A stretch of DNA of 64,000 nt from Candidatus Bathyarchaeota archaeon (GTDB lineage: Archaea; Thermoproteota; Bathyarchaeia; Bathyarchaeales; Bathycorpusculaceae), in contig CAWAKC010000009.1 in the NCBI GenBank assembly GCA_963782525.1, positions 128,001 through 192,000 on the forward strand, read 5' to 3'. The notes beneath the pieces are model-generated. The model searched no databases, had not been told where the DNA came from, and saw only the letters and a program-made list of their open reading frames with translations. This document shows positions 50,424-60,642 of the stretch, piece by piece. Both the position numbers and the translations under genes were made by a program. Within the stretch, counting starts at the first letter, position 1, and the number at the start of each line of letters is the position of its first letter.

Positions 50424-51335
50424 ATGATAACTGTAATTGGAGCAGGCAAAGTGGGAAGCGCAGCTGCCTTCGACATTTTGCGTTACAAAATAAGTGATGT
50501 TGTATTGATCGATACTAACGAAAAAGCGGCGAAGGGTGAAGCTTTAGATATGATGCAGGCTGCACCAGCCATCGAATTTGACGGCAAAATCCATGGAACA
50601 AGTGACTACAGCGAAATGGCTGGATCAGAGCTGGTTATTGTCACCGCTGGCTTAGGAAGAAGGCCAGATATGACTCGTTTTGACCTGATGAACACTAACG
50701 CACAAATTATAAAATCAATAGTTAAAGAGATTGTGAAGTATGCATCTAAGACTAAAATCATGATGGTGACTAACCCTGTTGACATAATGACGTACATTGC
50801 CGCTAAAGAAACGGGGATTCCTCGGTGCTGCCTCTTTGGCATGGGCAACATCTTAGACACTATGCGTTTTAGAACCTACCTCGCCAATGAACTGGATGTT
50901 TCGCGTGAGGACACACGAGCTTTGGTTATTGGAGAGCATGGCGACTCAATGGTGCCGCTTGTTGAATTCGCTTCTGTATCAGGTATACCTGTAACAAGTC
51001 TGTTATCTGAAGAGCAGCTTGACAAAATAGTTCATGCAACCGTAACTTCCGGCGCCGACGTCATTCAGCTTAAAGGCAGCACAGTTTATGCTCCAGGCAT
51101 GGTGATTGCGATAATGGCTGATGCGATTTTGACGGGACGCAACCGTGTGATGAGTGTATCCACAATGCTTGACGGAGAATACGGTGCATCAGGATTATCA
51201 ATTGGGGTACCTGTAGTTCTGGGGAAAGAAGGGGTTGAAAAAATAATTGAACTCGAATTATCCGATAAAACAAAGGAGCGGTTTGCCAAATCGGTTGCTA
51301 TCTTAAAAGAAGCGATAGCTGCTTTGAAGGATTAA
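50424..51335 (+). CDS. mdh: malate dehydrogenase (LDH-like)
   Basis: GAGKVG, GRRPDMTRFDL, VTNPVD, LDTMR, GEHGD. Confidence 0.9.
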   Translation: MITVIGAGKVGSAAAFDILRYKISDVVLIDTNEKAAKGEALDMMQAAPAIEFDGKIHGTSDYSEMAGSELVIVTAGLGRRPDMTRFDLMNTNAQIIKSIVKEIVKYASKTKIMMVTNPVDIMTYIAAKETGIPRCCLFGMGNILDTMRFRTYLANELDVSREDTRALVIGEHGDSMVPLVEFASVSGIPVTSLLSEEQLDKIVHATVTSGADVIQLKGSTVYAPGMVIAIMADAILTGRNRVMSVSTMLDGEYGASGLSIGVPVVLGKEGVEKIIELELSDKTKERFAKSVAILKEAIAALKD

Positions 51336-51348
51336 AAGGGAGAAAAAA

Positions 51349-51573
51349 TTAAATTATTGCCTTCATTTTGGCGCAGTAAAAATTTCCGTTTTGCCTAACG
51401 AACGCTGGGCATTTTCCGTCGTAGCAGTTTTTTAGCCATTGACATGGTGCCCGAATCTCATTCACCCTGGGCATGTAGGAGCGTGAGTTAAAAGTTTGTT
51501 GAGGGGTTGCTCGTTTAGAAATTTGTTCCATTAGAGTTTGCATTCCACTTTCCATTTTCAAAAACACCTTCAA
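51349..51573 (-). CDS. small Cys-containing hypothetical protein
   Basis: C-x5-C-x4-CP-x10-C; start uncertain. Confidence 0.55.
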   Translation of the reverse strand: MKVFLKMESGMQTLMEQISKRATPQQTFNSRSYMPRVNEIRAPCQWLKNCYDGKCPAFVRQNGNFYCAKMKAII

Positions 51574-51716
51574 GTTGCTTCCTGAATTGAAATACTATTG
51601 CTCGGGTCTGATTAATTAAAACTTGTTGCAAACGTTGTACAACAACAAAAGCATATAAGCACTAACAAGGAGCAAGAAAAAAAAAGCCGAACTAAGGCAT
51701 ACAAAGTGTTATTTAG

Positions 51717-52670
<954 letters not shown>

Positions 52671-52671
52671 A

Positions 52672-54888
52672 TTAAGTTGATGTAAAGCGGTCAAACGTCG
52701 TCAATGTGCTCATAGAGCCGCATGAGGGGCATTTATGCAGTGTTCCAAAAAAGTTTTTCTTGCAGTTGTCGCAGAAGCTGATTAGGCGGTTGTAAGTGAA
52801 GAATTCTATGGCTGAATTTTCCATTAGGCGCATTGTTAGGTTCATTAGGGCTTCGGGCGTGTATTCTGCTCCTTCGAGTTCAATGATGCTGAGGTTTCCG
52901 CCAGCGTTTAGTCCCTTCATTTTTTGGGCAGTTTCAAGCTGCTCGGTCTGAATGCTAAGAAGCTCAGCGGCTTTCACTTGGAAACGTTTAGCAGTTGAGT
53001 AATATGGTTTTTCTCTTGTTCCTGAAAACTTGACTTGGGCAACTCCGTACCTTTCAACGTCCAACTGCGCGAGCCGTTCAGATGCTTCGGGGCTACCTAG
53101 GATGACTGGGTAGAGGCGTTTTCCGTATTTTCTGCCGATTTTCTGTTTAAAAGCCAAAAGAGTCTGGATTGTTTCTTCAGCGAATTTGCGGCTCTCTTCT
53201 GAGTTAATGGGTTTTCCGGTGAAGGCTTCGGTGGCTTCTCGGAACCCTGCTAAATTGATTAGACGGGAACAGTTTTCTATTCTAAAGTAGGTATCGCGGT
53301 CAGCTTTTTGCAGCAGAAACGGCAGGGAATTTTTCCCGAATTGCCTAAGAGCATTGTTCTTTATTCCCAATGCTCGTGCTGCAAGTTCGAAGCGTTCGCG
53401 CATTAAATCGAAGAATTTGTTTTTATCTTTCTCGCATTCAAGCACAATCCGTGGCAGATTAATCGTAACGGAACCTAAACTGCCAGTGCGTAATGTGTCG
53501 GTTTCCCAGTCGCCCGTTAAATCGGGAGCGAATTTTACGCCTGAAGAAGAGAAAGCCACGTTTTCATTTTCTTTTTTAGTCATGTTAGCAAAATAGGGAA
53601 TCCCGTCTTTTGCCGCTAATTGGTGAGCTTTAAGAAGGATTGCTTTGGCGTTTTCGTCAGCCAACGCTGCACTGTTGATTTTTATCACCACTTTTGGGCT
53701 AAGCAGCGGCTTGTTGATGCTTTCTTCAGCAAAAACGTCCACGATAATTGAGGCTACAAGCTGGCTTTCCTGTACGTAGTCGCCGTATTTGCCCTTTGGT
53801 TTGCCTTCTGGACCTATGGCTTCTTTTTCCACAGTTAATTTTGGAGTCGAAAGCTCCAGTCCCAACGTGGCTTCTGCGTGTTGGTTGAGGTTTTTTATGA
53901 ATAAACGCAGGTTTTCTTTGATCTTTGCAACTTCGTTGCCTCTTACGTAGGGTGCGAGGAACACGTTGAAGTAGTTGAAGGTTTGAGTGCGGTTGGTTTC
54001 TTCGCTGGCATGCAAAATAACGTTAAACGCTATTGATAAGGCGGATTTTAGGTTGCTTGGCGGATCCATGGCGACTTGGAGGGGATTGTCAAGTTTCACG
54101 CCGTGTTGGAAGAAATAACGTAGGTCATGGATTACTTCGTTTGGTTTCAGTATCCAGGTGCCTAGTCCTTCAATGTGGATCGCTCCTGACAAATGTGCAT
54201 CCGCGATATCCCTTGGAAAAACGTTCAGTAACGTATATTCGCCAAGGACGCTTTGGCCTGCCTTGCTGATTGTTGCTTGGGCGTCTTGAGCAGCATCTTT
54301 TGACTCGATAAGAGCAGTGACTTCGTGGATGGGCATGCCCACGCGGGTAAGTTTGTTGCGGTAATCCTCGTAGCCCTTTTCCACCAAAATACCGTTGACA
54401 ACTTCCCTGATAAGTGATGCAGTGAGGTATTTGGTTTTTGATTTTACTAGTCGTTTCTCAGCTTCCTTTGCTGCCTTTTGCGCGAGTTCTGGTGGAACCT
54501 TGGCCTCTTTAATTAGTGAATTCGCAATTTTGTTAACATCAAACTCTTCTAAAGTCAAATGCGAGGTCCGAACAAGCATGCCGCGCGGTTTAACGGCTTT
54601 CTTCTCCACGCGGTCAGCCACGTCCAAAACCATTTTGCCAAGGTCAGTTAAGAAATATTTTTTTGCCTCCACATCTGCCTCAACCAAATCCGCTTTTAGA
54701 AGGAATTTTAGGTGGTAGGCAAACCTGCCTGCGTCTCGGCTGGGGTTCATTTTAAGTTGGTTCATAAGTTCAGTGTAGGAGAGGGCGCTGCTGTCGAAGA
54801 GCAAATTGAGGATTTGCAGCCTAAGCGGTGAAGAAACGGCTTTGAGCACTTTGACGCCGCGTGCACGATGCGGAGGCTGATTAACCAT
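52672..54888 (-). CDS. ArsR-type wHTH + ATP-cone + class III RNR (NrdD)-like protein lacking catalytic motifs
   Basis: N-terminal wHTH, ATP-cone (VRTS...EEFD), NrdD scaffold motifs (AHLSG, FNVFLAPY, PYFAN, TINLPR, CxxC-CxxC); ends FDRFTST without the glycyl-radical Gly. Confidence 0.85.
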   Translation of the reverse strand: MVNQPPHRARGVKVLKAVSSPLRLQILNLLFDSSALSYTELMNQLKMNPSRDAGRFAYHLKFLLKADLVEADVEAKKYFLTDLGKMVLDVADRVEKKAVKPRGMLVRTSHLTLEEFDVNKIANSLIKEAKVPPELAQKAAKEAEKRLVKSKTKYLTASLIREVVNGILVEKGYEDYRNKLTRVGMPIHEVTALIESKDAAQDAQATISKAGQSVLGEYTLLNVFPRDIADAHLSGAIHIEGLGTWILKPNEVIHDLRYFFQHGVKLDNPLQVAMDPPSNLKSALSIAFNVILHASEETNRTQTFNYFNVFLAPYVRGNEVAKIKENLRLFIKNLNQHAEATLGLELSTPKLTVEKEAIGPEGKPKGKYGDYVQESQLVASIIVDVFAEESINKPLLSPKVVIKINSAALADENAKAILLKAHQLAAKDGIPYFANMTKKENENVAFSSSGVKFAPDLTGDWETDTLRTGSLGSVTINLPRIVLECEKDKNKFFDLMRERFELAARALGIKNNALRQFGKNSLPFLLQKADRDTYFRIENCSRLINLAGFREATEAFTGKPINSEESRKFAEETIQTLLAFKQKIGRKYGKRLYPVILGSPEASERLAQLDVERYGVAQVKFSGTREKPYYSTAKRFQVKAAELLSIQTEQLETAQKMKGLNAGGNLSIIELEGAEYTPEALMNLTMRLMENSAIEFFTYNRLISFCDNCKKNFFGTLHKCPSCGSMSTLTTFDRFTST

Positions 54889-54891
54889 ACC

Positions 54892-54952
54892 TTAAACTCT
54901 CCTGAACTCCTCAAACTTTGGGGTTTACCTATTATTCCACTGGAGAGTTTAA
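54892..54952. promoter_or_regulatory. 11-bp perfect inverted repeat in the promoter of the HTH-NrdD gene (candidate operator)
   Basis: TTAAACTCTCC (54892-54902) / GGAGAGTTTAA (54942-54952). Confidence 0.45.
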
Positions 54953-54995
54953 ACTTAACTAAAAAAAGCGGTTGCTGCTTTGGGGTGTTTAACGC

Positions 54996-56054
54996 TTAGA
55001 CACGGCATGGCTGCTGTTGAGATATGCAGTGTATCGTGCCAAACCCGTAGACTAAATCCACGCAGCGAATCCCCACCACTTTTCGTGTTGGAAAAAGTTC
55101 CTGCAGAATAGCCAGTGCTTTGGCATCGTTTTTATGGTCAAAAATTGGCACCAACACTTTTTGGTTGCCTATGTAAAAGTTCGTGTAACTCGCAGGCAGC
55201 CGTTCATCTTCGTCACTGACAACTTTGGGCATGGGCAACTTTACAATTTTGAGTTTTTCGCCGTCTTGGTCAACTGCTTGACAGAGAATGTCATAGTTTT
55301 CTTTGAGGGCATCGTAATCGACGTCGTTTTGGTCGTCCTGATAAGCGCAAACAATGGTGGTTGGGTTTACGAACCTGGCTAAGTCGTCTATGTGTCCGTC
55401 GGTGTCGTCTCCGAGGATGCCACATTTCAACCAGATAAAATGGTTTACGCCAAGATAGTCTGCGAGGTATTTTTCGATTTGTTGCCTGTCAAGGTCGGGG
55501 TTTCGATTCTTGTTTAGAAGACACTGCGCTGTCGTAAGTAGGGTTCCTTTTCCGTTAACATCTATAGAGCCTCCTTCCAAAACTATGCCAGGTTTAAAAC
55601 AGCGCATAGACATTTTTTGGTTAATTACATCGGGAATTTGCCTGTCTTTTAGCAGGGTTTCATATTTTTCTCCCCATGAGTTAAAGTCCCAATGAATCAT
55701 CGCAAGTTCATGATTTTGGTTCTTGACAAATACTGGCCCATAATCCCTAAACCATACATCGGCGTAGTCGGAAACGTAAAAGTGGATTTTTTCCAAGTTG
55801 ATGTTTTCAGCTTTAAACATCCTTGTTGCTTTCTGTTTGGTGAGCTCATCGATGACGAAGAGGTTTACTTCTTCGCTTTCATGAATCTCCTTAACAATTT
55901 GGACATAAGTAGCTTCCACGCGTTCTACTCTGTCGGGGAAAGTGGTTGGGTCATAGGGCCATGCAAGCCAGATTGCATCGTGTTTTTCCCACTCAGCAGG
56001 CATACAAAAGCCCTGTTCACGGCAACTCCGCTCGGAACTACTCATCTTCCGCAC
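54996..56054 (-). CDS. aguA: agmatine deiminase
   Basis: MPAEW, WFRDYGP, LEGGSI, DTDGHID, ASYTNFY, GTIHCISQQ. Confidence 0.95.
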   Translation of the reverse strand: MRKMSSSERSCREQGFCMPAEWEKHDAIWLAWPYDPTTFPDRVERVEATYVQIVKEIHESEEVNLFVIDELTKQKATRMFKAENINLEKIHFYVSDYADVWFRDYGPVFVKNQNHELAMIHWDFNSWGEKYETLLKDRQIPDVINQKMSMRCFKPGIVLEGGSIDVNGKGTLLTTAQCLLNKNRNPDLDRQQIEKYLADYLGVNHFIWLKCGILGDDTDGHIDDLARFVNPTTIVCAYQDDQNDVDYDALKENYDILCQAVDQDGEKLKIVKLPMPKVVSDEDERLPASYTNFYIGNQKVLVPIFDHKNDAKALAILQELFPTRKVVGIRCVDLVYGFGTIHCISQQQPCRV

Positions 56055-56958
56055 CCTTCTTGATGTCTCTTACAAGCCGCTGATAGGTATCTGGGCGCCT
56101 GTTACGAAGGAACCCCCAGCCATCCTGGATTTTCTTGTTTTTGATTAGGTCGATTTTGGCAACCACGACTTCTTCTTTTGTGGTGCTGGCTTCGTTTAGG
56201 ACTTTGCCGAAGGAATCGCATACAAATGAGCCGCCCCAAAACTCTAGCTCTCCTTCTTCGCCAACACGGTTAACTGCTGCAACATGGATTCCGTTTGTGA
56301 TGGCGTGTGCACGCTGGACAGTTCGCCAAGCGTCATGCCAGTCGCCGTCCGCCGAAGTGTACCCTTTAACGTAGCCAATTGCGGTGGGATAAAATATTAT
56401 TTCTGCACCTTCCAACGCGTTGATTCGGGCGGGCTCGGGGAACCATTGGTCATAACAGATAAGCACCCCAATGCGTGCAAACGGTGTCTCAAAAACCCCA
56501 TAGTCCAAGTCGCCTGCCTCAAAATAGTCTTTTTCATAGAAGTAAGGGTCGTATGGAATGTGTGCTTTACGATAACAGCCCAATATTTCGCCGTTTGAAC
56601 CGACTACGACTGCTGTATTGTAGAATTTGCCGTTTTTGGCTTTCTCAAACAAAGGTGCGATGATGACTATTTTGTGTTTTTTTGCTAATTTAGAAAATAA
56701 GTTTGTAGATTCTCCAGGAATCAATTCCGCTAAAGCCGAAAAATCCTTCTTTTCTTCTTGTGGAAAATATGTTGTTCTGTAAAGTTCTTGGAGGCAGATG
56801 ATTTGGGCGCCTTTTTGTGCGGCTTCCTCAATTTTTTGGGCGGTTTTCGCCATGTTCTCGGCTATATTTTCTGAAACAGATGTTTGGATAAGCCCAACGG
56901 TAACTATTTTATCATTCTTTAATTTGGTAATTTTTGGATTTGTTTTGGAAGCCTTTAT
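56038..56958 (-). CDS. aguB: N-carbamoylputrescine amidase (carbon-nitrogen hydrolase)
   Basis: LQEL, YRKAHIP, ICYDQWFPE, YPTAIG; the VTVGLIQ strand lies upstream of ATG 56853, so the start is probably non-AUG (ATA 56958). Confidence 0.85.
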   Translation of the reverse strand: MKASKTNPKITKLKNDKIVTVGLIQTSVSENIAENMAKTAQKIEEAAQKGAQIICLQELYRTTYFPQEEKKDFSALAELIPGESTNLFSKLAKKHKIVIIAPLFEKAKNGKFYNTAVVVGSNGEILGCYRKAHIPYDPYFYEKDYFEAGDLDYGVFETPFARIGVLICYDQWFPEPARINALEGAEIIFYPTAIGYVKGYTSADGDWHDAWRTVQRAHAITNGIHVAAVNRVGEEGELEFWGGSFVCDSFGKVLNEASTTKEEVVVAKIDLIKNKKIQDGWGFLRNRRPDTYQRLVRDIKKGAEDE

Positions 56959-57185
56959 TTGATTTCCTTCCTTGTTTTCAACTAATTTATATCCTGTTCG
57001 TATTAACTTTTTTGAAAAATATAAGCAAACCTACCTGAAAAAATAAAATAAAACCAGCACACAACATAGTTTTTCGGTCTTGCACAAGGCACATACATGG
57101 AAAAAACTCTTTTTGGGTTGATGGCAACGAAACTATTTATTAAGACAATGCGGTGACAATACATAGTTTATCGGGGCCAAATAAC

Positions 57186-58625
57186 ATGAAAATATTCATC
57201 GTTCAATTTCCCTTCGGCGTAGCAGCCTTCGACGAAAACAACGGCTTAGTAGAAAAAGCATTGTTTCCAAAAAATGCGCAAGCTGCAGCTAAAAGCCTGC
57301 TTAAAACTGAGTCTGGAAAATTATCCGACCAGGTCTCCTCATTAATTTCACTTTTAGCAAGCGTAGGTTATGACACTTTTGCTTTTGAATCCGGCAAGTT
57401 GGCAGAGGAAGCCCAAAAGAAAATGAAAGTTGCCGTCGAAGTCGCTAAGCCAGCGGAAACTGCAGTTTTACATTCACGTATGGGTGAAGTAGCAATCGAA
57501 GCAGGCTTTGCCAAAGACGAACAAGAACTAAGCATATGGACGCGCAGCGTCAGTTTGGAACTTGCAAAACTAAGAATCAAAAGTGCCACCGGGAAACGAG
57601 ATTTAATCGTTGCCCAAGGCATCCAAACCCTCGACAGTCTAGACCAAACCGTTAACCTCTTCATGGGAAGACTCCGAGAATGGTATGGCGTCTACTTTCC
57701 AGAACTTGACCGCTTAATCGAGAAACACGAAACTTACTCAAGGCTTGTCGTGAACTTGGGCGACAGAGAAAACTTTACTGTTGAGAATTTAGAAAGAGAA
57801 AACATTCCAAAAGAACGGACCCAACTTGTTGCGAAAGCAGCTGAATCATCTATGGGCGCCGACGTCGCTGAAGCCGATTTGGAAATGGTGCAAGCCTTAG
57901 CCAAGGATGTCCTTAACTTCTATTTGCTACGCAAAACCATGGAAGACTATGTTGACAACACCATGGAGGAGCTAGCACCTAACGTGCGAGCTGTTGCAGG
58001 AGCTCTTTTGGGTGCACGCTTGATCGCCATGGCAGGTAGCCTACAGAACTTGGCGATGAGACCCGCAAGCACTATACAAGTTATAGGCGCAGAAAAAGCT
58101 CTCTTCCGAAGCCTAAAAACAGGCGCTCGACCACCCAAACACGGCTTAATCTTCCAACACACACTTTTGCACGATGCAAAGAGGTGGCAACGTGGAAAAA
58201 TCGCAAGAGTCATTGCAGGCAAACTCGCTATAGCCGCAAGAGCCGACGCTTTCGGAGCAGGCCACTACATCGGAGACAAACTAAAAGCAGACATCAACAA
58301 ACGTATAGAAGAAATCCAAGTTAAATACAAAGAACCGCCAGCGCCCAAGGAAGCTAAACCACGTCCCGAAGGAGCAGCAGGATTTGAACGCCGAGAACAA
58401 CACCCTCCACGAAGAGATGACCGCGGGGGATTCAGGGGCGGCGGCAAAAACTTTGGTGGCGGCGATCGAGGTCCAAGACCACCACATCGCGGAGGTGGCG
58501 GTGGAGGCGGAGGACGCAACTTTAGTTACGGCGGCGGACGAGACAGGGGAGATCGACGAGGCGGCGGCAGCGGTGGAAGCGGCGGTCAAAACCGGGGACC
58601 AGACAGACGTGCACCTCAAAGTTAA
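57186..58625 (+). CDS. nop5: Nop5 (Nop56/58) box C/D RNP protein with Gly/Arg-rich C-terminal tail
   Basis: RLREWYG, APN, PASTIQVIGAEKALF, PPKHGLIF, KLAIAARAD. Confidence 0.96.
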   Translation: MKIFIVQFPFGVAAFDENNGLVEKALFPKNAQAAAKSLLKTESGKLSDQVSSLISLLASVGYDTFAFESGKLAEEAQKKMKVAVEVAKPAETAVLHSRMGEVAIEAGFAKDEQELSIWTRSVSLELAKLRIKSATGKRDLIVAQGIQTLDSLDQTVNLFMGRLREWYGVYFPELDRLIEKHETYSRLVVNLGDRENFTVENLERENIPKERTQLVAKAAESSMGADVAEADLEMVQALAKDVLNFYLLRKTMEDYVDNTMEELAPNVRAVAGALLGARLIAMAGSLQNLAMRPASTIQVIGAEKALFRSLKTGARPPKHGLIFQHTLLHDAKRWQRGKIARVIAGKLAIAARADAFGAGHYIGDKLKADINKRIEEIQVKYKEPPAPKEAKPRPEGAAGFERREQHPPRRDDRGGFRGGGKNFGGGDRGPRPPHRGGGGGGGGRNFSYGGGRDRGDRRGGGSGGSGGQNRGPDRRAPQS

Positions 58626-59307
58626 ACCGCACCCAAAATTCAAAGAAATCTACCAAGTAATGCTGGAAGACGGCGCACAACGCCTCGCCACAAAAAACTT
58701 GACCCCTGGATTGAGGGTTTATGGTGAGCGGCTTTTCAAATTCAAATATGTTGAGTACCGTGTTTGGGATGCTTTCCGCAGCAAACTTGCAGGAGCTATC
58801 ATTAAAGGCGTGCAAAACGTGCCCATCGAGCCTGGTTTTAAAATTCTTTATTTGGGTGCAGCTTCAGGAACCACGCCAAGCCACGTCTCAGACATCGTCG
58901 GCGACACTGGACACGTTTACTGCGTAGAATTCGCCCAGCGTTCACTTCGGGATTTAGTCAACAACGTCGCTGCTTACCGAACCAACATTTCACCTATGCT
59001 TGAAGATGCACGAATGCCCGAACGATACGCCATGTTCATCTCAGGCAAAGTCGACACAATCTACTGCGACGTAGCACAACCCGAACAAGCAAAACTCCTC
59101 GCAGACAACGCAGACGTCTTCCTAAAACCCAACGGCTGGGTCATGCTGGCATGCAAATCACAAAGCATCGACGTAACCATGGACCCCAACGCAGTCTACC
59201 GCCAAGAAGCAAACATCCTAAGAAACAGAGGCTTTGACATAAAAGAAATCGTAGACCTAGAACCCTACGACAAAGCACACGCCATGATAGTAGCACAACA
59301 CCTCTAA
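58609..59307 (+). CDS. flpA: fibrillarin-like rRNA/tRNA 2'-O-methyltransferase
   Basis: VYGE, RSKLAG, LYLGAASGTTPSHVSD, DVAQP, LEPYDKAH; GTG start overlaps the nop5 end. Confidence 0.96.
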   Translation: MHLKVKPHPKFKEIYQVMLEDGAQRLATKNLTPGLRVYGERLFKFKYVEYRVWDAFRSKLAGAIIKGVQNVPIEPGFKILYLGAASGTTPSHVSDIVGDTGHVYCVEFAQRSLRDLVNNVAAYRTNISPMLEDARMPERYAMFISGKVDTIYCDVAQPEQAKLLADNADVFLKPNGWVMLACKSQSIDVTMDPNAVYRQEANILRNRGFDIKEIVDLEPYDKAHAMIVAQHL

Positions 59308-59535
59308 ACTTTTGATACTATAAGAATACTCAAAGAAGAAATGAAAAAGCGCCAATCAGATAATTTGTGTGAATTATTACCCAAAATCTTAGTAAATTTA
59401 TTAATTTCTAGATTTCGTGTGAGTTTTTATGGGTGAGTTGGTTGGTGGTTGGCGGTAGGTGGGAGGGCGTTGGTCAGAAAGTTTGTTTTTTGCGAATTGA
59501 TTATGCTAGTACCTTTAATGGGGCAAACTTGTAAG

Positions 59536-59585
59536 AGAAGTTGTTGTTGCTGCTGCAACTGTATTCTGCGCACCGGTTGCAACAA
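59536..59585. repeat. dispersed imperfect palindromic repeat, copy 2
   Basis: AGAAGTTGTTGTTGCTGCTGC...GTTGCAACAA shared with 39262-39316. Confidence 0.65.
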
Positions 59586-59879
59586 CAATCAAAGATAAAC
59601 CCAAATTGCCAAGTTTACTTTTACTGAATCACAAGTCAGACCATAGAAGATGATTGTGGTGATGATGATGCAAACCAATTTTGTTCTCAACAGTATCATC
59701 AATCAAACCAATGTCCGATTGCGCTGCTCACTGACTTGTTTGGTGATAATTGTCTGCTGGCGACCTATGGCAATCGAGAATTGCTGCTGCATGCTTGATT
59801 TTCTTTGGAAGGCTCAGTTTTGGAAAAACATTATAGCTTGGAACACAAACCCATTCTTTGTTTAGGATGAAAACCTCTC

Positions 59880-60542
59880 ATGTTGGTTGCAGGTGTTGAC
59901 GAAGCGGGGCGCGGATGCGTTATCGGTCCTTTAGTTGTTGCTGGCGTAGCAGTGAAAACTGAGAAGCTGCAGTTGCTCTTTGACTTGGGCGTTAAAGACT
60001 CCAAACTTCTTACCGCCAAAAAAAGGGAAGCCCTGTACCCAGAAATTATAAAATTAACTGAAAAACACCACATAATAAAAGTTCCACCTGCCCAAATAGA
60101 CAAGGTAGTTCGAAGTAGCAGAACTCTACACAAACTAAATCGCCTTGAAGCCCAAACTATGGCAAAAATAATTGAGGTTTTAAGACCTGACGAAGCCTAC
60201 GTTGACGCCGCAGATGTGGTTGAGCATCGGTTCGGAAACCACATATCTGAATTACTCAGGTTCAAAACTAAAGTTGTGTCGGAACACAAAGCTGACAGGA
60301 CCTATCCCATTGTTTCGGCGGCATCCATCATTGCTAAGGTGGAACGGGATGGCGAGATTGCGAAGTTAAAAGTGAAGTACGGCGACTTTGGAAGCGGATA
60401 CTTAACCGATGAAAAAACCATGGTTTTCTTAAAACGGCTGCTTGATTCGAACGGTGACTACCCAAGCTGTGTCAGAAAAGCGTGGAAGCCTGCACAAAGA
60501 GCAAAAAGCGAGCATGGAAGCGTACAGTCGAAGCTAATTTAG
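59880..60542 (+). CDS. rnhB: ribonuclease HII
   Basis: GVDEAGRG, DSK, EHKAD, SAASIIAKV, GSGY. Confidence 0.97.
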   Translation: MLVAGVDEAGRGCVIGPLVVAGVAVKTEKLQLLFDLGVKDSKLLTAKKREALYPEIIKLTEKHHIIKVPPAQIDKVVRSSRTLHKLNRLEAQTMAKIIEVLRPDEAYVDAADVVEHRFGNHISELLRFKTKVVSEHKADRTYPIVSAASIIAKVERDGEIAKLKVKYGDFGSGYLTDEKTMVFLKRLLDSNGDYPSCVRKAWKPAQRAKSEHGSVQSKLI

Positions 60543-60642
60543 AGTTAAATTAGTGTGTTTTGTAGTGTCTAAAAAGATACAATTTATAAACACCATCTAC
60601 CATCCGTACTAGTAAATACGGGTTTTATACGGCGGTAACTTG

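Noticed and set aside
58384-58608. 75-codon N-terminal extension of fibrillarin in the ORF track
   Set aside because: It is the +1 reading of Nop5's GGC/CGA-rich tail (Ala/Glu-rich by-product); fibrillarin homology starts at GTG 58609.
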